DNA from: Eledone cirrhosa
Taxonomy: Eukaryota
Length of the DNA: 64,000 bases
Direction of reading: 5' to 3'
NCBI GenBank assembly: GCA_964016885.1
Contig: OZ024741.1
Span: forward strand, 265,608,001-265,672,000
Positions 42,966 to 55,898 of this stretch are shown piece by piece; within the stretch, counting starts at the first letter, position 1, and each line of letters opens with the position of its first letter. A model generated the notes under the pieces. The model had not been told where the DNA came from. It saw only the letters and a list, made by a program, of their open reading frames with translations, and ran no database searches. The position numbers were made by a program, and so were the translations under genes.

Positions 42966-43852
42966 TGAGGTGGGTCAGAAAAGTTCCAGGACTGATGTCA
43001 CAAAAGATTTATTTCAAACCCAAACTTCACACTAAGAGTTTTCTCCTTCAAAGTAATCCCCCTGGAGTCTAATGCACTTTTCCATCCTTTTCTGCCACGC
43101 TTGCATGCACTCCTGGAAGGATTCTTCCGGGATCCTCCGCAGTTCTGTCGTCACGGCCTTTTTGATGTCGTCCACGTCTTCGAAACGGGTCCCCTCCGGG
43201 TCGTACTCGAAGATCCATGACTCATCACCGGTGATGACTGTCCCTAGCAAGTCTGGTTCAGTTTCAAGACGCTCGAGGATGTCCTGGCACACTTGCATGC
43301 GTCGACCCTTCTGGTCATCGTTCAGCAGTTTTGGCACCATCTTCGCGCAAACTTTCCACATGTCCAAATCTTCAGTGAGAATCTTCCAGGCGCTGTCCTG
43401 ATTCATGCCCAGCTCATTTGCCATCAGTCGAACAATCAGCCGACGATCGCTACGGACCATCTGCCTGATGCGTTCAACGTTGACCTCAGTCCTGGTTGTT
43501 GAGGGCCTTCCGCTCCTGGGGTCATCTTCCGCGTCCTTCTTTAGACCTCTTGCACCACTCAAAAACACGTGAGCATAACATCGTCTCATCTCCATACACT
43601 TGCTGCAGCAATCCCAGTGCTTCTGACGGAGTTTTCAAGTTTGTTCGTTGCTCTGTGGTCATTGCTTGACGACCTGAAACAGAGGACATGTATATAAAAT
43701 TATGAAGAAAAAAGTTTGATCGCTGCAGAGAGCTAAGATTACAGTTAATACTCCAGGGGGATTACTTTGAAGGAGAAAACTCTTAGTGTAAAGTTTGGGT
43801 TTGAAATAAATCTTTTCTGACATCAGTCCTGGAACTTTTCTGACCCACCTCG
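42966..43852 (-). mobile_element. mariner transposon derivative, internally deleted, with 103-bp TIRs
   Basis: TA flanks on both sides. ORF 43032-43595 has EDDPRSGRPST, KVCAKMVPKLL, ITGDESWIFEYDPE fused to GTRFEDVDDIKK..QGDYFE; the second and third catalytic Asp region is missing. Confidence 0.93.
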
Positions 43853-43898
43853 TATGTGTCTTTGTATGTATTCCAGCCTGGAAGTATATAAGTTTAAT

Positions 43899-43962
<64 letters not shown>

Positions 43963-43965
<3 letters not shown>

Positions 43966-44230
43966 TCATCATCATCATCATCATCGTTTAATGTCTATCT
44001 TCCACGCTAGCATGGGTTTAGACGGGAATTGTCCCACGTGAGGCAAGATTGGTTGTCTTGCTCGTATAGAACTCTGGCGGGTTTTCTACGGCTGGATGCC
44101 CTTCCTAACACCAACCACATTTACAGTGTGGACTGGGAGGTTTTTACCGTGTTACCTACACGGCCACATTACAGTGTGGACTGTGTTTTTTTGTCGTGAC
44201 ACCTACACAACCTCATTTATTTAGGACTGG
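43963..44230 (-). mobile_element. RTE LINE 3' UTR fragment
   Basis: (cat)n tail and close match to 6263 and 23480. Confidence 0.75.
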
Positions 44231-44314
44231 ATATATACATATAAATGAATATATTTATGTATATATATATATATATTCATTTATATATATATATATTTAT
44301 ATATATATATATTC

Positions 44315-44351
<37 letters not shown>

Positions 44352-44563
44352 TTTATATATATATATATTCATTTATATATATATATATTCATTTATATAT
44401 ATATATTCATTTATATATATATATTCATTTATATACATATATATTCATTTATATATATATATATTCATTTATATATATATATATTCATTTATATATATAT
44501 ATATTCATTTATATATATATATATTCATTCATATGTATATATATATATTCATTCATATACATA

Positions 44564-45262
44564 TATATAAGTATGTATACGTACATACATATATGTATAC
44601 AGACGTACAGTAGTATGTATATATATACATACATGCACACATATATATATGTACGTATGGATTTACCGAACATTTATTATAAGGCTCGGTGTGTTTGTAA
44701 ACAAACATCCCGAATTAAGCCGTACAGTGTTTAGCAATCATCGTTGCCCTTTTTGTTCAACACTGACAAAGGAATGATGTACTAGTTTCAAGCTTATTAG
44801 CTATCGTCAGCACCGTATACCTTCCTGCCAGATGATTGAACGTCTGAAAGTATATACTTTCCTTTCGTTTCATTTTTTCCGTTTATCGTTTTCGGTGCGC
44901 CCGGCCGATTAATTCACTCCATATGCAAATTAGGCTGGTCAGCCGTTAATATGCATAAGGAAAGTATATACTTTCAGACGTTCAATCATCTGGCAGGAAG
45001 ATATACGGTGCTGACGCTAGCTAATAAGCTTGAAACTAGTACATTGTTCCTTTGTCAGTGTTGAACAAAAAGGGCAACGATGGCTGCTAAACACTACGGC
45101 TTAATTCGGGATGTTTGTTTACAAACACACCGAGCATTATAATAAATGTTCGGTGAATCCACACGTACATATATATATATATATATGTGTGCATGTATGT
45201 ATATATATACATACTACTGTACGTCTGTATACATATATGTATGTACGTATACATACTTATAT
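44564..45262. repeat. inverted repeat P7
   Basis: ~300-bp arms with a ~90-bp spacer; a third copy of the arm lies at 50727-51030. Confidence 0.92.
44776..44814 (-). ncRNA. minimal type I hammerhead
   Basis: rc: GGTG CTGACGA T AGCT-AATA-AGCT T GAAA CTAG TA CATC; the mirror at 45007-45045 has an A9->C core mutation. Confidence 0.85.
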
Positions 45263-45558
45263 TTAATTAACAGCCGTACTAAGAGTGAGAAATGAAATTT
45301 CGTTTCATTTTTTTCCGTTTATATATATATATATTCATTCATTCATATGTGTGTGTATATATATATATATTCATTTATATGTATATATATATCATTTATC
45401 TGTATATATATATATTCATTTATATGTATACATATATATTCATTAATATGTATATATATATTCATTTATATGTATATATATTCATTTATATGTATATATA
45501 TTCATTAATATGTATATATATATTCATTCATATGTGTATATATATTCATTCATATGTA

Positions 45559-48500
45559 TAGTATTAATTATACTATTTATGGTTATGTAAATACAGAAAC
45601 CTTTTGCAGTTATATATATTTTTATACAAACCCTAAATAGTGGTAGGCAGTAATGTATTACTACCTTATTACCAGTAAGTTAAGTAGCTCAATGTAATAA
45701 CATCAGATGATTTACAGAGCAGTTATATGAAATATAAGAATCAAAGAACTGTTCAAAACATTTTTATGCTTACAACTGTTCCCTCCAAACCGAGGTTTGG
45801 ATTCTTCGGAGCAATTTATTAATGAGTGAACACTTATATGACCTCCTTTTCACCCAATAGACATACAGATACATATGCAAATATTGTGGGTCAACATTCA
45901 TTACAGCATTTAGAGTGGTAGTACACACTTAGAGATTACATTCATATTAAAAGATACAATCAAAAATACAGGTTAAAATACAACATGAAAATAACGGTTA
46001 TATAGTGCAAATGTTATATGTGTGGCAAGCACGTGCGTCTTGTTTATATCGTGTGGCAGCGAGTTACGTGTAGTCGAAGCGCTTAAGTAGGTAAGTAAGA
46101 GTGTTAGGTTGGTTGATCTGGTTGCAAATTCTTTATATGATTGTTATAGTCTGTGTGCGGAGAAATAATATAAGCATTAAAAATATTTAAAATATTGGAA
46201 ATGCACAGCGAAGGGATGATATGGACTTCATGTACTTCGACATTTTCATAGTCTGGGGAGTGTATTTTTCAGATTATATGCCCCTCATATAATCCACGAC
46301 AATTCGATATTGAGCGTTTGACAATCCAGTTAGAGAATCGTAGTCTGATGTTCTTTAGTTCAATACAGGAGGATGTTACGTTTCGAGAATCGACATTGAA
46401 ATACCTGGAAGTGTGTGTGTGGCTAAGGGGAGTTAATGCATGAGGGGAGGTAACTCCGAGGTTTCTATTACTAATTATTGAAATGTGTCTCAAAATAGAC
46501 CCTAACTTCTATGGTTATGCGCAATTTCTAAAAAATTTCTAAAGCTTAAAGTGTTTTAACTATAGAGTAGTCTATTAAGGTGTGCTGAAGGTGTTCGTAT
46601 TATTATGGTGAATTAACCCCCATCGTAGAGTGCCACAAATGAATATTATAGACGACGAGCGAGGATTCTAAATTAATGACCTGTGGTTGTAGTCTACTCA
46701 AAGGACCAGGCGCGGTGATTGCAGAATCACTTCGACACAATGATCTCTGGTAAGTTCTGGGTCATCACTTGCTACATTGGATGTCGAAAGATAATGATCA
46801 CCAGGGCCGACCAGAGGTCAATCCGCAGTCCTCATGACCCTACTCTGACCATCAAATCATCAATATATGTACAACCCGTACGCCAGTTGCAATACATTCA
46901 TTCCCTGCACTCAGCGTACCGGTCATACTGCTCAACAGCGTTACTAGATTAATTCGTTTTTCATCTGTCCAACGAAGGCACCTCCTCCGCACAACACTAA
47001 CAAGACAATCAATTCATGCTTAAATTACCTATAGAGCGGTGTAGTGCAGTTCAAGTGGGTGGATGTTGTCACACCTAAAGTAGAGGTACAGATGGGTATT
47101 CGCCCTGCGAGGGGTTCTAGAGGGATGTCGCTGTTTGTGTTATATTAGATCCGTTAGTGTTGGGTATGTGGTATAAGGTGTGCCCCTGGTGTTTGATGCT
47201 AGAGGTGGTGTTTGGTTCAAGTCCGACATTGCTATATATTGGGCTTAAAGTTTTGGAAGGAATGTCTGAAGCGGTGCTGGCAAGTTGCAAACACTTCAGA
47301 TTTTTTGTTAAGTAGGTTACGGTTAGAGAAGATAATATTGTGGGTCTCTAGTATACAGAGGTTACAAAATTTATTAGGTGGTTTGTACGAAGTCGCGCTA
47401 CCTATCACTTCCCATTTGAGTGTGTAAGGTTTATTTTTAGTTTTTAGATAGTGTATGTAGCTAGATAGTGAGGTGGAGTTGGCTAGACTGTGCTTTTTGA
47501 ACGAGTGAATGTGCGAATTATATCTGATTTTGAAGCTGTTAGAAGTGGAGCCTACGTAGGTTTCTGAAGAGTTGCTAGTTGTGACGGTGCATGAGTATAT
47601 GATATCCTTGGTTAGGCATTTTTTATCTAAAGGGCAGGTTCTATTAGCTCTACAGTTACAATTATCCTGTGTGTTAGTCTGCTGGTTATAATGCAGTGCA
47701 GAAGTCTGGGTGGTAGCTATAGGATTTTGGACATTCGGGTTGTCGACCCCGGTGTTATTTCTTATACTAGTGTTATTTCTATTGTTACTGCCGTTACTAT
47801 GGTCGCTTGCTACAGAGGTATTTAGAAGGTTTACATTCTGTTGTGATTTCGTTTGTTGGAAGTAAGAATTAATTTTACTTTTATTGCTGCTAGCTATGTG
47901 GTATGCTAAGTTAGGCGTCGTAGAGTATGAGATTTTAATAGTGTTTTTGTTTAAAAGGTTGTGGTACTTGTGTCCTAGAGGGAAGTTTTTATCTAGTAGT
48001 GAGAAGAAAGCCCTAGGTATGTTGGTGGAGACATTTAGGTTGAAAGGAGGGTTGAAAAATGTATTATTTCTTCTTCTATTTTTGTTTTTAGTGTTTGGTG
48101 TGTTGTTTCTTCCTAAGGCACTACGATAGTTTCCGTGGTAATGGTTACTTCCGGTGGCACCCTCCGCTTTGGTGTACTTGTGGTTGCTATTCCTATTATT
48201 AGGTTTCCTCATGGACATGTTGTGCGAGATGATGTTGTAGCTATGTGTTTTCTTAGGTAGGAACTCAATTTCTATATTATGGCCGGATCTAGCTAATGCT
48301 TGATTATAATATTGTGAGTTTTTGCTAAATATGTTTGCGTCATAGGATAGATTAGAGATTCTATTGGATACGCCCTTAGAGATAGAGTTTAATATTGATC
48401 TAGGGTGATTAGACTTGGTATCTACGTAAATGAGTTTTTCGTTAGGCTTATGGAAAGGTGTATATATTTTTGAGTCTAGGTATAGTGTGGCGTCTAGGAA

Positions 48501-50618
48501 GTTAACATTTTTAGTGTTTTTGTCCATGGTGATACTAAGGTTAAAGTTTTTGAATGTCTTGTGCAATAGTTTTCTAGTTCTTTCTATATTAAATTTTTTA
48601 TATTCTATAAGTAGAAGTGCATCATCGCGGTACAAACCACCGTTGAGGTAAGGGAGGTCCTTATGGATTTCATTAAGAAGGTATAGGCCGACCAAATCAG
48701 TGACCTGCGCCGAGTCACTAGATCCCATGGTTATGTCGAAGTTGTTGTGCGTATCCTTGCGTGTCCATAGTTGATCCTCGAAGGTGATTATGGTTTTACG
48801 GGCCGCAAGGATGACATCAATCTGGGCTCTAGTCAGGTCGCTATTGTTCATGGCCATGATTAGTGCCTTATTTAATAGGATAGGGGAAATAGAGGTGTAG
48901 TATGAATTGATATCAAATTGAATAAATTTTTTGTCCTTATTATTCTTGATATCCTTGAACCATTCAATAACTTCACCCGTATTTCCCCATTGTTTAAGGT
49001 GTATTTTGTGTTTAATTTGTGGGATGATTTTATCTAAAATTTTCTTGCTGATAATACCAATGTCGGAATTGGAAGGGCAGATAAGTCTTATCGAGGGGTT
49101 GCTGATGAAGTCCTCCTTATGATCCTTCAGAGAGAATCTAGGGGGGTTTGGGGTGAATGGTTGTGTATGCCTCTGAAGTCCTAGTTTAGACACTATATTA
49201 TATCCCTCTATATTAATATCTTCTAAGTTTTTCAAGGTGGTCTTCTTGTAGCTTTTATGTAGTTCATTATATATAAACTTTCTATAAGTATTATAATCTA
49301 GGCTGTATATGTTATTAGTTTTATCTGCGTGTACAATAATTTTATTACTAGTTTTGAATCCATTAATAGAGGTGTTAAGTTTGTTTAAGAAGGTGTTGCT
49401 TCTATTATGGTGCTTATTGTATTTAATGTTCTTAACAAGTTTAACTAGATCATTTTCAAAGGAGTTAAGTAGTGTGTTATGAGGGGGGGGGGGGCTTTTA
49501 AAGGTTTTAAAGCCGAAGGAGTCAAATTTGTTAGTATTATTCACATTGTTAGATCCGTTTCTATCATAATGGAATGTCCTCCATCTCACTCTATTGTTAA
49601 ATGAATTTACACTGTTGATCAGCAATTTCTCATATGTATTCCTGGATGGTATTGGTATGTTCATGGTTGACATGGGGAGTTGGTCTTTGATTAGCATATT
49701 GGTAATATTATATGTCAGCTCAACAATATGGATCAGTTAATAGTATTAATTATACTATTTATCGTTATGTAAATACAGAAACCTTTTGCAGTTATATATA
49801 TTTTTATACAAACCCTAAATAGTGGTAGGCAGTAATATATTACTACCTTATTACCAGTAAGTTAAGTAGCTCAATGTAAAAACATCAGATGATTTACAGA
49901 GCAGTTATATGAAATATAAGAATCAAAGAACTGTTCAAAACATTTTTATGCTAAACAAACGTTTCCTCCAAACCGAGGTTTGGATTCTTTGGAGCAATTT
50001 ATTAATGAGTGAACACTTATATGACCTCCTTTTCACCCAAGAGACATACAGATACATATGCAAATATTGTGGGTCAACATTCATTACAGCATTTAGAGTG
50101 GCAGTACACACTTAGAGATTACATTCATATTAAAAGATACAATCAAAAATACAGGTTAAAATACATGAAAATAAGCGGTTATATAGTGCAAATGTTATAT
50201 GTGTGGCAAGCGCGTGCGTCTTGTTTATATAGTGTGGCAGCGAGTTACGTGTAGTAGAAGCGCTTCGACTACACGTAACTCGCTGCCACACTATATAAAC
50301 AAGACGCACGTGCTTGCCACACATATAACATTTGCACTATATAACCGCTTATTTTCATGTTGTATTTTAACCTGTATTTTTGATTGTATCTTTTAATATG
50401 AATGTAATCTCTAAGTGTGTACTGCCACTCTAAATGCTGTAATGAATGTTGACCCACAATATTTGCATATGTATCTGTATGTCTCTTGGGTGAAAAGAAG
50501 GTCATATAAGTGTTCACTCATTAATAAATTGCTCCGAAGAATCCAAACCTCGGTTTGGAGGAAACAGTTGTAAGCATAAAAATGTTTTGAACAGTTCTTT
50601 GATTCTTATATTTCATAT
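45559..50618 (-). mobile_element. full-length Penelope-like retroelement (probably Naiad clade): pLTR-ORF-pLTR plus an inverted 5' copy
   Basis: ~525-bp direct repeats at 45559-46084 and 49741-50265 flank the ORF; an inverted partial copy at 50258-50618 forms palindrome P8 (axis gaagcgcttc). Confidence 0.9.
47232..49697 (-). CDS. Penelope-like reverse transcriptase + GIY-YIG endonuclease, 821 aa, intact
   Basis: ADKTNN, FDINSYYTSI, ITMGSSDSAQVTDL, GLYRDD, VNFLD, SNHP; linker CNCRANRTCPLDKKC; IIY..YVGST..FKIRYNSH; CNLCILE..CQH. Confidence 0.95.
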   Translation of the reverse strand: MLIKDQLPMSTMNIPIPSRNTYEKLLINSVNSFNNRVRWRTFHYDRNGSNNVNNTNKFDSFGFKTFKSPPPPHNTLLNSFENDLVKLVKNIKYNKHHNRSNTFLNKLNTSINGFKTSNKIIVHADKTNNIYSLDYNTYRKFIYNELHKSYKKTTLKNLEDINIEGYNIVSKLGLQRHTQPFTPNPPRFSLKDHKEDFISNPSIRLICPSNSDIGIISKKILDKIIPQIKHKIHLKQWGNTGEVIEWFKDIKNNKDKKFIQFDINSYYTSISPILLNKALIMAMNNSDLTRAQIDVILAARKTIITFEDQLWTRKDTHNNFDITMGSSDSAQVTDLVGLYLLNEIHKDLPYLNGGLYRDDALLLIEYKKFNIERTRKLLHKTFKNFNLSITMDKNTKNVNFLDATLYLDSKIYTPFHKPNEKLIYVDTKSNHPRSILNSISKGVSNRISNLSYDANIFSKNSQYYNQALARSGHNIEIEFLPKKTHSYNIISHNMSMRKPNNRNSNHKYTKAEGATGSNHYHGNYRSALGRNNTPNTKNKNRRRNNTFFNPPFNLNVSTNIPRAFFSLLDKNFPLGHKYHNLLNKNTIKISYSTTPNLAYHIASSNKSKINSYFQQTKSQQNVNLLNTSVASDHSNGSNNRNNTSIRNNTGVDNPNVQNPIATTQTSALHYNQQTNTQDNCNCRANRTCPLDKKCLTKDIIYSCTVTTSNSSETYVGSTSNSFKIRYNSHIHSFKKHSLANSTSLSSYIHYLKTKNKPYTLKWEVIGSATSYKPPNKFCNLCILETHNIIFSNRNLLNKKSEVFATCQHRFRHSFQNFKPNI

Positions 50619-50671
50619 GTATATATATATTCATTCATATATATATATATTCATTCATATATATATATTCA

Positions 50672-50731
<60 letters not shown>

Positions 50732-50935
50732 TATGTATACGTACATACATATATGTATACAGACGTACAGTAGTATGTATATATATACATACATGCACAC
50801 ACATATATATATGTACGTATGGGTTTACCGAACATTTATTATAATGTTCGGTGTGTTTGTAAACAAACATCTCGAATTAAGCCGTACAGTGTTCGGCAAC
50901 CATCGTTGCCCTTTTGTTCAACACTGACGAAAGAA

Positions 50936-50976
50936 CGATGAACTAGTTTCAAGCTTATTAGCTATCGTCAGCATCG
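50936..50976 (-). ncRNA. minimal type I hammerhead
   Basis: rc: CGATG CTGACGA T AGCT-AATA-AGCT T GAAA CTAG TT CATCG; perfect 5-bp stem I. Confidence 0.85.
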
Positions 50977-51713
50977 TATACCTTCCTGTCAGATGATTGA
51001 ACGTTTGAAAGTACATACTTACCTTATGCATATTAACGGCTGACCAGCCTAATTTGCATATCGAGTGAGTTAGTCGGGCTATTTTTCTTACTGGTAATAA
51101 GGTAGTAATGAATTACTGACTTTTCCTGTTTATAGTTGTATATAGTGTATACATAACTATAAATAATAATATTATTATTATTATTATATATATTCATATA
51201 TATATATATATTGAGTATGTTTTGGTTGTTTACCGACACCTCAGTATGCAGGTTGGAGCACTCGACGAAGTACGCAGGTTGGTTAGTTTACTCCGGAGTA
51301 ATGTAAAATATATGCAAGAACAGGTAAACATGGTGTTGTAATGTGTTCTACCCTGTTAATTCATCGATATGTCCAGCTCCTGGGTGTGTTGTTTGTCCGC
51401 AAAGGAACTGGAATCAGTTTTTTTCTACATTAATTCTTACTACCTGATGAGGTCACAGCCAATAATGGCCAATAATGGCTATCACTAAAATATATATAGC
51501 AGCGAATTAGAATAAACGAAGCCAACTTCGAAGTAGAGTCTTTTTACTGTGGAGTTTCACCTACACACTGGCAGAATCATAAGATATCTTATGTGATGAT
51601 TCTGCCAGTGTGCAGGTGAAGCTCCAGAGTAACACCACTTAGCCATAATAAAGGAATATATATATGTATATAAAGTGACAATAAGAATTGATGCTTTAAC
51701 CCACTAAATAACC

Positions 51714-51794
<81 letters not shown>

Positions 51795-51877
51795 CCATAT
51801 GATGACAGCCGAGAAAAAATAGTACTAAATACCGAAGTAGAGTTTAAATATTCATTTTATTATGGCTAAATAGTGAG

Positions 51878-51927
51878 TCTTGTTACTCTGGAGTTTCGCC
51901 TGCTTCTTACAGGATCATCAGACAAAA
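51878..51927 (-). ncRNA. type I hammerhead (mirror of 56304-56353)
   Basis: rc: TTTTGT CTGATGA T CCTG-TAAGAAG-CAGG C GAAA CTCCAGAG TA ACAAGA. Confidence 0.85.
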
Positions 51928-52220
51928 ACTCAGTTTTAAACCTTAATAAAATGAATATATATATATATAATATTGGTTATGAACCGAAGTTGTATTGTAG
52001 CCGCAATATACCAGGTACTGATCAAATTGTTTGAGGCAATCACAATGCACTCAATGGAGCGAGAAGTTAATACGTTATCGTCTAGAATAAACACAAAAGA
52101 TCAAAAAGTGTGACACCACGAAAAACGACCGAAGGCAGTGGCCATACTTATACCACAAAGCTAAATATAAATATATATATATATATATATACATAATTAA
52201 AATTAAATATCCCTTTTGCT

Positions 52221-52306
<86 letters not shown>

Positions 52307-52348
52307 CAATATATTAATAAATGGAAACTATATTTATAAAACCATATT

Positions 52349-52414
52349 TATTTTATTATACATATTTCAAGGGCAACCAAGGCAAATTATGGTGCTCGTT
52401 CATCAGATAAAATA
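52349..52414 (-). ncRNA. type I hammerhead (mirror of 55338-55403)
   Basis: rc: TATTTTAT CTGATGA ..GCACCA..TGGTTGC.. GAAA TATGTA TA ATAAAATA; 8-bp stem I. Confidence 0.8.
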
Positions 52415-53431
52415 CAGATTTGTTTTATAAATAAATATTGACATACCCGGAAAAAAAAGACAACCTTAACGGTTGGAGCTTCCTGGATAGTGGAGAAAAA
52501 ATGAGATTAACGTGGAAGAATAATATTTATAATGCAGGGTTCATTACGTTTCGATTATAATACTTATAATGAGAGGTTGAAAGATTAGATTAAAAGTAAA
52601 TTAAAATTAAAAATTAGAAATCAAAATTAAAGATTAAAATTTACCTTAATATTAAAGATTTAATTTAATCATTTAATATTAATAATTAGTTTAAATGTGT
52701 ATGTTAAATATTATAAATTTTTTAAATATATATATAGTATTTTACATTAGAGCAAATCTAGTATAGTTTATTTTATTAAAAGTTGTAAGTCAAAATTTAA
52801 ACATCCAAATAATTCTAAATTTATGAAAAATTTACGAGTTTACAAAGGAATAACCACTTAGTTATATTATAAAAACAGTAAGGAAGTGTAAAGGAAGTCA
52901 GAAGTTATTTTTTAAGAACTCAGATGACTCTAAGGATTAAATGTTATAAAGTTAAAAAGTTAAACATTTTTTTATCTTAAGAATATAATTAAAACATGAA
53001 CCATATGTTATTTTATACGAAGTCATAAATTTACTTGCTATAAAGTTTTAAAAAAAATAAATTTATCTTAATATATTTAAAGCATAAACCATAGGTTACT
53101 CCACATATATCTAAAAAACTATATATAAACATTTGGATATATATATTAAAAACGTTTGAAGATATAAAAGTATGAAAATAATGGTTTTTCTATATCTTTC
53201 AAAGGAATTTTCAAAAGATTTTTCTTAAAACCTTCCGTAAGTTTTTCAAGAAAAAATTTTCCTTAAAGGAGTTTCAAGCAGTCATATAAAAAAATCTTAT
53301 ACTCTATCGATAGGTGTAATAATATAAAGTATATAGTATATATATGTGAGGTAGAGATAATAGAAAGTAAATTAAAGATATGAATCATATATAGATATAG
53401 AAGACATTATGTAAAGGAGATAAATCATATA

Positions 53432-54430
53432 TTACATTTTATATATATATTTAAAAGTTGAGTTTAAACGATGTTTGCAGGAACTAAATAAATTATTGCG
53501 CAAATTAATAGAGTTCTTACTTTTTAGTATAAAGAATATTTCTTCAACGCAAAGTGAGCAATTTTGGGATGAAGCAGTGTATGAAGGAGCTTTGGAAATA
53601 ATTTCCCAAAGTAAAGAATAGTTAATATTCTTGGATTTCGAGTCCCATAATAAGTTAGATAGAGAAGTTGAAGATTTTTTACCAATATTCGTAAAGGAAC
53701 ATTTATGGTTATTAAAACGAGATTTGAAGTCTGTGGAAATAGAGCCGACATAGTTAAAGGAGTTTTCATTTGTTTTGACATTACAATTGTATACTATATT
53801 TTTAACTAAACAATTATTATTTAGAGGACAGTTAGGTTTATTTCTACAATTACATTTATCTAAGTTTATATTATTGGGAGCCGTAACATTATATTGGATA
53901 TTGCTAGGGGTATTAATGCTATTCTGGTTAGGTTTTAAGTTTCTATTATTAATTCTATTAATATTCTGCGCTAAATACATAGTGGTGGAATATGAGAGTT
54001 TAATAGTATGTCTTTTAAAGATAGAATAATACCTGTGTGTCTTAGGAAAGCACCTATCTAGAGCTTTAAAGAATAATTTAGCAATAGGAGTTTTAATACT
54101 TAATGAGAAAGGGGGAGCGAACCATAATATATTTCTAGTTCTATTTTTTCTTTTGGTTTTAGTGCAAGGTTTTCTATTATAATTATATTTATAGTTATGG
54201 TTAATTGGCACATCTTTATTGTCAATGTATTTAATTTCATTACTATAGCCTGCTCTACCTAACGCTTCGTTATAATATTGTGCCTTATCTTCAAATATAT
54301 TTTTATTCGCTGAAATTGTAGAAATACGTTGCTGCACAGAATTTACAATAGTGTTTTTAACGGATTTGGGGTGATTGGAATTAAAGTTAACATAGTTTAA
54401 ATTCTCGTTTATTTTATGAAATGGATAATA
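53432..54430 (-). pseudogene. truncated PLE ORF (RT thumb + Cys linker + GIY-YIG)
   Basis: ..NSNHPKSV..QRISTISANKNIFE..WFAPPFS..CNCRNKPNCPLNNNC..IVY..YVGS..FKSRFNNH..CSLCVEE..CKH; the RT core is absent; a diverged paralog of 47232-49697. Confidence 0.9.
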
Positions 54431-55337
54431 AATTCTTTTTTTAAAACTTTATAGCAAGAAAATTTATGACTTCGTATAAAATAACATATGGTTCATGTTT
54501 TAATTATATTCTTAAGATAAAAAAATGTTTAACTTTTTAACTTTATAACATTTAATCCTTAGAGTTATCTGAGTTCTTAAAAAATAACTTCTGACTTCCT
54601 TTACACTTCCTTACTGTTTTTATAATATAATTAAGTGGTTATTCCTTTGTAAACTCTCGTAAATTTTTCATAAATTTAGAATTATTTGGATGTTTAAATT
54701 TTGACTTACAACTTTTAATAAAATAAACTATACTAGATTTGCTCTAATGTAAAATACTATATATTTAAATAATTTATAATCCTTAACATACACATTTAAA
54801 CTAATTATTAATATTAAATGATTAAATTAAATCTTTAATATTAAGGTAAATTTTAATCTTTAATTTTGATTTCTAATTTTTAATTTTAATTTACTTTTAA
54901 TCTAATCTTTCAACCTCTCATTATAAGTATTATAATCGAAACGTAATGAACCCTGCATTATAAATATTATTCTTCCACGTTAATCTCATTTTTTCTTTCA
55001 CTTAGATATACTTACGCTGTGTATATTTATCCTTTGAAACTTATTTCTTCATGCACTCTATTTTCACTATCAATATATATAATTGTTCTTTCTTCCCTCT
55101 TCTATCTTTCTCCTTTCTTTTTTCTTTTTTTTCTCTCTCCCTTACATATCATCTTCTTCCAACAGTTTAATTAAATAAACCGTTATCTTTTCAACCTTTC
55201 GGACACTCATTTGCATACTCACTCATAACTTTGTATCACCCTCAATAAATGTAATATATCCACTATCCAGGAAGCTCCAACCGTTAAGGTTGTCTTTTTT
55301 TTCGGGTATGTCAATATTTATTTATAAAACAAATCTG

Positions 55338-55403
55338 TATTCTATCTGATGAAAGCGCACCATAATTTGCCTTGGTTGCCCTTGAAATATGTATAATAAA
55401 ATA
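55338..55403 (+). ncRNA. type I hammerhead
   Basis: TATTCTAT CTGATGA AAGCGCACCA..TGGTTGCCCTT GAAA TATGTA TA ATAAAATA. Confidence 0.8.
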
Positions 55404-55486
55404 AATATGGTTTTATAAATATAGTTTCCATTTATTAATATATTGTATATATATACATATATATGTATATATATATATATACACAC

Positions 55487-55517
<31 letters not shown>

Positions 55518-55530
55518 TATATATATATAT

Positions 55531-55585
<55 letters not shown>

Positions 55586-55614
55586 TTGTAGCTCTGAAAT
55601 AGCAATATATATAT

Positions 55615-55898
55615 GGATGTAAATATAATGTATTTTGCAATACACTTTATGCTTAATTAAAAGCATTTTGAAGACCGTAAGCTATTGTTTTAAAGTAGTG
55701 ACAAATTCACTCACTTCGATCTCAGCAAACAGGAGGAGATAAGCCGACAAAAGCGAAACATGTCATGTCGGCTTATCTCCTCCTGTTTGCTGAGATCGAA
55801 GTGAGTGAATTTGTCACTACTTTAAAACAATAGCTTACGGTCTTCAAAATGCTTTTAATTAAGCATAAAGTGTATTGCAAAATACATTATATTTACAT

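Noticed and set aside
47232-49697. Selenoprotein-type Naiad element
   Set aside because: The ORF has no in-frame TGA and the conserved Cys positions are ordinary Cys codons.
51440-51502. Hammerhead at ctac-CTGATGA..AAAA-TATATA-TA-gcag
   Set aside because: G12 of GAAA is mutated and stem I is mismatched; probably a dead copy, so not listed as a feature.
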